A DNA stretch of 64,000 nucleotides from the human T2T-CHM13v2.0 reference genome, Homo sapiens. The position numbers were made by a program, and so were the translations under genes. Location of the stretch: assembly GCF_009914755.1 (NCBI RefSeq), contig NC_060931.1; one strand, written 5' to 3'. This document shows, one piece after another, positions 55,287 through 64,000 of this stretch. Each line of letters starts with the position of its first letter. Position 1 is the stretch's first letter. Below the pieces are notes generated by a model, which was given only the letters and a program-made list of their open reading frames with translations, ran no database searches and was not told the DNA's origin.

Positions 55287-58200
55287 CCTCCCATAGTGAG
55301 GGGCTGGCCCTGGTGATGTTTTCAGGTGGTGCACAGTCAAGTAGAGATGCCCCAGGGCCTGCGGACAGGTCCTGCTCCTCCTGGCTGCCTTTTCCGAGCA
55401 TGCTGGTGCTCAGTCTAGCAGACTCCCTGGGAAGCCCTTCTCTTCCCGGCTGTCTGGCTGAGTTAATCTGGCCCATGAAGATTTCTTCAGGGTGTTTCCA
55501 GGTGCTGGCTCTTTGGCCATTGGGGGCTCTTTCAGTTGGCTGCTGTATCCTTTGACACACCCCCATCATTGCGTGTATGTGTGTGTGTGTGTGTGTGTGT
55601 ATGTGTGTGTGTAACACTTTCCTTACTTTCTGGCACTGCATGGTGCTCCAGGCTCACCCTGATGCCTCAGAGTCTAACCTGTGTCCCACGCAGTGTCCTT
55701 TGTTGGGTTTCTCCTTAGGTCTCTTTGATAAGCTCATTTGGGAGGTACTACAGTTGTCACCAATCTGCCCATCTGGTGGATGGAGAGACTGAGCCACAGT
55801 GATGGTGCAGGCAGAAGGCAGGGCTATGGCAGGGTCTGACCCTGGTGAGGACACCTGGACTCCTGTCCTCGCTCGCAGCCCAGCACAGCCCTTGCTGGGA
55901 TGAGGGCCCGAGAGGGTGTCCATACTGGGAGACCAGCAGCCTGGTGCCACCCAGGGCCTGGCTGGTGTGGGCAGCATGTGGCTCTGGGCCACCTTGTGGT
56001 CAGGGAGTGTGGTGGTGGTGTGCAGATGGCCCGGGCCGGGCCGGGGTTGGGTCTCCTGCTCCAGGAGTGGCCAGCGGGCTGTGGTGGGGAGGCCGCCTGT
56101 CCCCCAGGCCCCTGCAGCCCTCATCTCTGAGTAGCTCGTGGTGACCCGAGCCTGCCTTTCTTGTCATTGTGACATGTGCTAAGCCACATTACAATTGCCT
56201 TGCCCCTGTGACATGCATCTTTTGGATCTAAATGCCCCTCTAGCCGTGAGTTCAGAGAGCTTCATGGAGAGAATCGAGAGTTCCAGACCTTGGGGACAGG
56301 TTTGGAACTCTCAATTCCAACACAGTGGATGCATTTGGTGGTTGAGGATGCTCATCTGGGAAAATGCGGGGGCGTGGGTGTCTCGGCGGGTGAGCCCTGT
56401 GCTCATGGGCAGGTGTGGGGCACTTGGCAGATGACACCCAGCCCTACTGAAGTGTCCTTTCTGCAGCAGTCTCTTCTCAACCACCCTCCACCGTGGGTTT
56501 TTTTTTTGAAGGGAGGCAGTGCCCAGCTCCTAGAGGAGTGGGTTGTTTGATGGCGCTTTTCCTTTCCAGGGCCACGGGGGTCTGAAGCTTCCAGTGGGAG
56601 TGTTGGTTTCACTGGTGACAGTGCCCTTCAGATATCCCAAGGGCAGGTAGTGATGGTTCCCATTCTCGTGAGGACAGATTGTAGTTAACAGAAATGGGGA
56701 GGCAAGCTAACGAAAAGAGAGGAGTGGCTGGTTCCCTCTGAGAAAGGGTTCCTTGGGCCCTGGGAGGGCTTGCAGGGGCACCTCCATATAGTGCAGAGAT
56801 GAGGGGGACCGGCCGCCAATCCCCCCAGCCTCCACGGGCTGCTAGCCCACACGGAACAGCTCTGATGCAAACGGGGAGGGTCGGTCATCTTGACAACTGA
56901 CCCGCCAGCTGTGCTATGTCCCCACCCCCCCATGGACTCCTTGTCATAAACTTGTAATCTAAGCCCATTGTGTTCCAGGAGGAAACCAGGGGAGAAAGGA
57001 AGCTAACATGTGGAAAATCTCCAAGGAAGGTTTTGTTCTTCCTAATTGTCGTTTTTGTTTTAAGGGCTGGGGTCCACCTGCCATTCACTTCCTTTAGAAA
57101 GTGGGTGGTGGCCTCCTGTGCAGGCTCCTCCGCAGGCCTTGCTGGCTTAGCTCTGGCAGCTCCAGTGCCCCATGTGTCCGATGGCCCCTGGGTCTTCCAG
57201 CTCCCTGCTCTGGCCCTGACCCTTACCAGACATCCATGGTGTTTGGTGATTCTGAGCGCTGAACACACCCTAACATGCTCTGCGTTTTGTTTGTGGAAAA
57301 AGCCGGATCTGAGTGGTATCCACACCATGATGACAGCTCTGTCAAATGCACCGAGAGGGAAGCTAAATGGCCGTGTTCAGGTCCCATGGAGATCTTCAGG
57401 GTCATAGTGGAGATTTCAAGGTCACCTTCTTGATGCTCAGGGTCTGGGAGAGACCATCCTATTGGATGTCTTGCTGCCTTCTCTGACCCCTCACAGGTGA
57501 CAGCCATCCCGTCTGGCCTGCAGAGGGTGTGGTCAGGGTGGTGCTGTCCAGCAGGGGCAACCTCCTGCCTGTGCCTTTGCCAGTGTGTGGTGTTTAACGT
57601 CGTCAGCCCCACAGGGTCAGGTGGGGGTGTGTCTGATGTGTGTGGGGAGCTGTGCTGGGCGAGGGTCAGGTCCCCCATGGAGGTGTCAGGCAGAGGATGG
57701 CTGTCAGCTGGAGCCCTGCAGATTCGTGTTCCTTGTCCTCCCTCCCTGTCACCTCTTTGAGAGTGGCTCTGATGTTGTTTCCAGATTGCATGTGACCGTT
57801 GGTCCTAGGTTTGTTTTCCAGCCTCCTGATGGATGTGCCTTTGAGGCTATGTCATACACCTCAGGTTTGAAGGTGCTCCAAATCTGTCCTCTCCCCTCCC
57901 TGTGGCCCCTGCCCCTGGTCAGTCTCAGCTCTCCTACCTGCTCCTCAGCCCCAGCATCCAGTAGGTGGCCAGGAGCTGCCAGGTCTCCCTCCTAGAGCCG
58001 TCTGGGGGTCCCATCCTGCTGCCTGTAGCTTGGCCCGATCAGGGTGACACCCATCTGTCCCGTCTCATGGGTCTACCTCCTGGACTCGCTTGGTCCCCGT
58101 CAGGTGGCAGCTGCTCCCCACACTACTGTGTGAGTTTGTTTTTGATTTTAGTTCTGTTTCATAGTGTGCAGCACACATTCACATGTGGGGGTGTTTGTGG

Positions 58201-58857
58201 TTAATCTGTGTGGAGCAGTGACAGCCGGAGCCTGCAGGTTTCTGCTCCCTGGGAGACAGGTAGAAATGCCTGGGCTTAATCAGACATAGAAATTCTCCAA
58301 TTTTGCGAGTGACCAAGGGACACCCGTTTCATACAATACTTACAAACTGCAGCCCCTCTTCAGGGCCTCTGGCAGGACATGCCATGGCCCTGCATGGCTC
58401 GTCAGAGTTGCCTGTGTCCAGACCCAGTGGTCTGCAAGACGTAGAGACAGATCAGATGAGGAGACCGGCAGCAGGCAGTGGGGAGTGGGAAGTGATTGTG
58501 GAGGGGAACCCTGGGTCAGGCTGGCCCCAGGTGCCTGATGCCTGGGTCTGAGCCTGGTTCTGAGCCTGGAGTGTGGGTGCACTGCTAGTGCTGGCTCCTT
58601 CTCAGGCTGGCCCCTTCTTTGTGTCTCATCTGTTGAAGCTGAAGTGGGGACAGGACTAAGGGAGAGTGCAGAGACCGGGCTCTGGACACTGCGTTTCCCC
58701 ATCTTGTGCTGGTGCTCACTGTGTCCCCAAATCAACATCTGGGCTGTTTTCGTTTTTTGTTTTTTTTTTTTTGTGAACTCACCTTTCCTGAATCTTTCCA
58801 GAGGAGTTTGTGCAGGCTTTGTGGGAACAGCCACTCTACACATATGTATTCTCCAGG

Positions 58858-59235
58858 GGTCTTGGTTTTCTGAAGCTGCTATAACAAAGCACCACAGACT
58901 GGGCACCTTAAACAACAGAAATGGAGAATCTCACAGTCTGGAGGCCAGAAGTCCAATATCAAGCTGTGGGCAGGGCTGGGCTCTCCTGAGACCTCGTTCC
59001 TGGGCTACAGACAGCCGCCTTCCCTCTGTGCCCTCACAGAGTCTTCCCGCTGGCTGTGTCTGTGTCCTCATCTCCCTTCTTATAAGGACACCAGGCAGAT
59101 TGGATTAGTGCCCACCCCGATGGCCTCATTTTAACTTAATTGCCTCTGTAAAGACCCTGTTTTCAATTAGTCACATCCCGAGGTCCTGGGGGTTAGGACT
59201 TTATGCATTTTGGGGGACACAGTTTGGCCTTGACA
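58858..59235 (-). mobile_element. MLT1/MST (MaLR) solo LTR
   Basis: 'gctgctataacaaagcaccacagactggg...ttaaacaacagaaat' through 'ttttgggggacacagtt'. Confidence 0.87.
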
Positions 59236-59464
59236 CTAGGCCTGGTTACTCCTCATCCCCTGACATGCTGTCTCACAGCCGCCCGGACAGGGTGAGGACG
59301 AGCTCCTGCCCGGCTGACTCCCTGTGTCCCTGGCCCTGCGCTGTGGGTTTGGCCCGGGCGGCGTGGCTTTTGGAGAGCTCTTGCTATGCTCTCCGGGCGG
59401 CCTAGGCCCTCTTTGTGTGTGTGGGATGTCAGGCTCCACATGTTGCCTCCTTCTCTCCCTGCAG

Positions 59465-59614
59465 CTCGGTGCCAATGCCTTGCTCTTCGTCGGTGTGAAC
59501 ATGTATGGGGTCTTTGTGCGGATTCTGACTGAGCGTTCACAGAGGAAGGCGTTCCTGCAGGCCCGGAGCTGCATTGAGGACCGACTGAGGCTGGAGGATG
59601 AGAACGAGAAGCAG
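59465..59614 (+). CDS. ADCY1: Adenylate cyclase 1, exon 2 (150 nt, 50 codons)
   Basis: Polypyrimidine acceptor cctccttctctccctgcag|CTC. Encodes LGANALLFVGVNMYGVFVRILTERSQRKAFLQARSCIEDRLRLEDENEKQ, then donor CAG|gtcagt. In frame with exon 1; typical end-of-M1/helical segment of membrane adenylate cyclases. Confidence 0.97.
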
Positions 59615-60569
59615 GTCAGTGGCTTGGGCCAGTCAGCCTAGAGGGGTTGGCTGTGGGGCTGGGGAGGTGGAAGAAGCTGGCTTCCTGAGCCTCAGTTTAC
59701 CCCGTGGTGACATGGGCCACAATTCCCATTGGTACATGTTGGTATTTGAGGCTGTGGAGGAGATGCCCTGAGGTTTTATAGTTAGCAAATGGACAGGCAG
59801 GCTGAGTTTGCTGCCCATGGGATAGTGTTGGGATGGGGCTGCTTTGGGGACAGCATTTGGGCGCACGGACTTCCGGTTGCAGCTGGAATAGGTCAGCTGC
59901 CCAGGGAGGACGAGGCAGGTCCTGGCTGGGCCTCGGATGAATGTGACCGTGCAGGTGGCCCTGATCCACTGGCCTGAGGCTTCCACCAGCTCTGCCCTTG
60001 GCTCAGTGTGGCCGACCCCAGAGCACGCTGGCACTTCTGGAAGGCAGAGATGCCCTTTTGCTGGGAGTTGTAGAGGGGTCACAGTGGTCATGATACAGCA
60101 CCCACAGCCCTTGGGGTTCCTCCAGTGGCCGGCATCACCCCATTTTCAGGATGAAACAGCCGCGAGGGAAAGAGCAGTGGCTTGGAAGGAGCCATGCCTA
60201 GGTTCCCACCGCCCTCTATGACCCATCTTCTGTGCTCTCTGTCTGCTGCGCGGGGCCTGTGCCCAGCATGTGGGCTTAGGAAGGACCATCTGGGAGCCCT
60301 TGGGATAAGCCTGGCACATTCCAGGTGCCTTCACTGGAAGGATCTAGATTCTTCCCCTAGCCTTGGGGCTTACAGGCCTCTGTGACACCAAACTGCTCAT
60401 GTCTCAGGCCTGTAGCTGACATATAGGATCTCTTTCTCAACGATGTGAATATAAGGTATTATACCAAATATAAATGTAAAAACTCACAAACACATTTCAT
60501 GTGTCGACATTATGATCCCTAATAGTTACAATAAAAGTAGGATATACAATAAAAGTAGGAAATAGATCA

Positions 60570-60980
60570 CATATGTATGTTTAGGTGGTGTGTGCATTGC
60601 CGTCTATGTGAACACGTAGGAGGGCGTGTCCATGTGGATGTTATGTGGGCAGTGGTATGTGTCTGTGTATATGTACATGTGCATCCCTGTGGAGATGCAT
60701 GTGTGGATATGTGCATATTTGCCTTTGCCTCTGTACATGTGTGCATGTGTGTCTGTGAATGCCTGTGCTCGTGTGTATGTGTCCATGTATGTGCCTATCT
60801 GTACGTCTGTGTGGTTGCATGTGTGTGTGGCTTTGTAATCAGGTAGATGTGTTTGCGTGGGCATGCCTGTATGTCTGTGTGTGTATGTCTGTGATATGCA
60901 GGGATATGTGTATATGTGTGTATGCGCATGTGTTGATGTGTTGTCTATGTGTGTGCATGAATGTGTCGGTGTGTGTATAA
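60570..60980. repeat. (TG)-rich low-complexity tract
   Basis: Degenerate gtgtgt/atgtgc repeats. Confidence 0.9.
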
Positions 60981-61924
60981 ATTGAGCATCTTTCAAGGCT
61001 GAACCCTGAGCATTTTCTCTTAGACCAGAGTCAGTCACACAAGGAGAGATATCTCCTTTGTGCTTTCTGGGAGGCATATAGCCTTATTTTGTTACCACCA
61101 TAAGATCCCAGAAATGAATCTTTGGAAGCCCTGTTCTCCCCTTAACTACATCCTCTGTAGTGGAGAAGGCAAAGGCTCTTTTTGTGGGCCCTGCTTGTGT
61201 GCATTTCCTTTTCTTTTCCTCTTTTGTCTCCCTCCCATTTCCTTTTCCATACCTTCCTTTCCTACTTCTGTGTTGGTCTTTTTTCATTTATTTTCTGACA
61301 CTTGCTGCCTTTCCTAAGGACTCTCTTTCCTCCCAGTATTGTCTAGTCTAGCCTTTGCTGCTTGATGTGCAGCATTTCACTGGGTTTTATAGCAGCTCTG
61401 TAAGCAAGGAATTTTTTCCTCAGCCCTATGGAGGAGGCAGTCCACACTCAGGGAGGCTCAGAAATGTGTCCAAGTTCTAACTGCAGAGTGGATGTTCTTA
61501 AGGAGGACATTTTCAAAATGTCACCCAATCCAGTTAACCCAGCCAAATGCTATTTAGTGTTCAGATTTTGTCTTTATGTTTATTTTTCCCCACGTGATTG
61601 TCATTGTGGTGTATATATAATTTTATTTTCTGTCTTTTTGCTTATCATTTTGCACAGACATAGCTACTGGTGTGATAAGTGTGATTTAAAACATCTGCTT
61701 ATTCTTCCCCTTAATGCATGTTCTGCAGTGTTCTCAGTGTCTGACATTTAGATACCACGTTCTAAAAGAGTTTTTTCTTCACGCACATGAAGTATTCACT
61801 GAGTAACATTTTTAGCAGTGTAAATATGTCATTTCTTTCCCAAGTTTCTGAGGTATTTTCCCAAACTTGTGCTCTTTTACATCTTTATAAATGATGTCTG
61901 CTTATACTCTGCTCTCTATAGCAG

Positions 61925-62065
61925 CCAAGGCCAACCACTGCATCAGCAGCAGTGGGGAGCCTGTTAGGAATGCAGATTACCAGGCCTCACCCAGCCCTGT
62001 AGGTGGGAAAGCCCCTAGGGTGGGGCCCAGGGGGGTTGGGGTTCTGATGAGCTGCTCTGCAGTCC
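61925..62065. mobile_element. MER5A-like MITE
   Basis: 'gcatcagcagcagtggggagcctgttaggaatgcagatt...gggtggggcccagg' resembles MER5A. Confidence 0.6.
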
Positions 62066-63047
62066 CTGTCTTTCTCCCGTTCTCCCTCTCCTTCTGCCTA
62101 TTGGTTTCCAACTTTCTCCCTCCCTGCCTCCCTCTCTCTCTGTGAGGACTTGTCACCTCCTGTTTCCCCTGCCCCTTTCCGTTTACTAAGGCTGACGGCG
62201 ACTCCTTCATGCTTGTTCACCTTCTGTATTTCTTTGTGATTAGTACGCTTCAACCCTCCGTCCCGTTACATTCTGACTTTCCTGGCAGTCGGGTGAACTT
62301 CTCACTGTATAACAGAGACACTGATGCCTCATCCCCACGTTTCCCCAGGTCTGTTCCTCCAGCTTTGCTTTTCCTTGTGTAAAATTCAATCTCTTATATT
62401 TTCAAATGGAAGGATCATTTTCTTTCATGATTTCCTCTGTTGCTTCATAGCTGAGCTGATGTTTTGACACATGAGCGCTGATTGAGGACGTGCCTTCCCT
62501 GACTTTACCAAGTATATCCTCAGACCTCAGCTGTCCTGACTTTTGCTGTATTTTTTCTGTCGATTCCCTTTGAGCCTACAGGGTTGTATCTCACAATAAC
62601 TGTCTGCCTAGATGGGCTGGTAATCAGCACCCAGGTTCCTCCTGGCTACCTGCTGTCTGATGTCAGTGCAGGGAGCCTTGTCTCTTTGGGATGGCAGAGG
62701 GGAGCACTTGGGGCCCAGTAGGGCCCTGCCAGCTCTTGGGTCTCTCAGCTACACAGGCACTTTGCCCCTCAGCATCTGCCTGGAGACTGCCTGGCCATCC
62801 AGAGAGCCTAGAGGTGGCCATGGCAGCCCTGCCCAGGCCTCATGTGTGTCAGCATGAAACGCCAGTCTCCTGAATGACAGGTGAGGGAGCCTTACCATGT
62901 GGCTAGTCGTGAGCATCTGCCTTTCATGTTTTAATTTCATTCATGACACATTTCCATTCAGCACCTGTTCCCAGAGCCTTCTCCAGCCACTTGAACTGTC
63001 CAGGCAACACAACGGGTGATGGGAGTGGATTGGGGGATGCACTGAGG

Positions 63048-63300
63048 TTCTGAGAGGGGATATGGGGGGATGTGACCTGATTCTGTGGGGGGATCCAGGG
63101 AGACACATCTGGTCCTGGGAGAGGATCTGGGTGTGGACACACCCCAGTCTGGGAGGGCTTCTGGGTGGATGGATGTACCCTGGTCCTAAGAGGGGATCTG
63201 GGGGACACACCTTGGTTTCGGGATGGGATCTAGAGGGGACACAACCCAGTCCTGAGAGGGATTCTGGGTCAATGCACCCTGGTCCTGGGAGCCGATGTGG
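63048..63300. repeat. Degenerate minisatellite, ~33-35 bp unit, about 8 copies
   Basis: Approximate consensus TCCTGAGAGGGGATCTGGGGGACACACCCTGG. Confidence 0.85.
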
Positions 63301-64000
63301 GCATCACTGGTAGGAGGCGGTGGAATGCCGGGCACGTCCAGAGGGACCAGAAGATGGGGGCTGAGTGAGGTCAAGTTGAGGGGAGGCCTGTGGGCAGACT
63401 CCGAGCCTTACGCTCCCATGCACGGTGTTTGAGGGAAATCATTTCATGTCCTGTGACCTCAGCTGGAAGGAGATGGCTTGACCGGTAGAGAGTGGGGCAG
63501 GGCTGGCTCCTGTGGTTCTGTGCTCACAGAGGGGAGCTCCTGAGCCTAGCAGGAAAGAGACATCATGAACACGTTTTGAGGGTCAGTGCACAGGTAAGTG
63601 CGTGGAGGCAGGGGAGCAGACACACTGGGGAGTTTGGCGGTGGTTTTCTTTTTGTTTCTTCCTGGGGGATGAATGCATAACTCAGAGGCACTGTGGTCAG
63701 TGGCTTTGTGAGTAGGGAGAGCATTGTGCTCAGTTCACAAAATAGGAGTTTGGCTCAGGAGGCTCAGAAAACACCTCCCAGTGTGGACAGGTCTGCACTT
63801 TATGGCCCCCACTGAATGCCTGGGTTTGCAGGAGAGCACAGCAGGGTACTGCTGTTCTGAAATGCAAACTCCCAATATTAAAACTCCTCATCCTGTCCCA
63901 GCTGAACCAGTTTTGTTCTGGGATGGGAACTGATGGAACAGATGGAGATGGCTGCAGCAGCAGTGCCCTTGCTTCGAGCCTCCTGGCAGTGCCAGGGGTG

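Noticed and set aside
63048-63300. CRISPR-like periodic array
   Set aside because: Eukaryotic context. The units are degenerate tandem copies without constant repeats and unique spacers.

Overview
Primate (almost certainly human) genomic DNA covering about 41 kb upstream of ADCY1 (adenylate cyclase 1) and the 5' part of the gene on the + strand: CpG-island promoter, coding exon 1 (41253-41891), a 17.6-kb intron 1, exon 2 (59465-59614) and the start of intron 2. The upstream region is mostly transposon-derived (L1, Alu, MIR, MaLR, ERV1 and ERVL LTRs). Almost all other ORFs in the track are repeat-derived or chance ORFs. I see no new gene system. The most notable items are: (1) a HERV-L provirus whose 5' half is inverted, with a 576-bp ~98% identical inverted duplication at one breakpoint and a pol deletion at the other; (2) permuted, non-canonical ends of that provirus; (3) a snaR/CAS-like Pol III Alu-monomer retrocopy sharing one TSD with a full Alu; (4) a second internally deleted Alu monomer that carries a captured terminator; (5) a UBC retrocopy fragment; (6) a MER41 LTR with intact tandem GAS sites; (7) an out-of-frame upstream AUG overlapping the ADCY1 start. 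Repeat subfamily names come from recalled consensus sequences, not database searches. Boundaries without TSD support are approximate.
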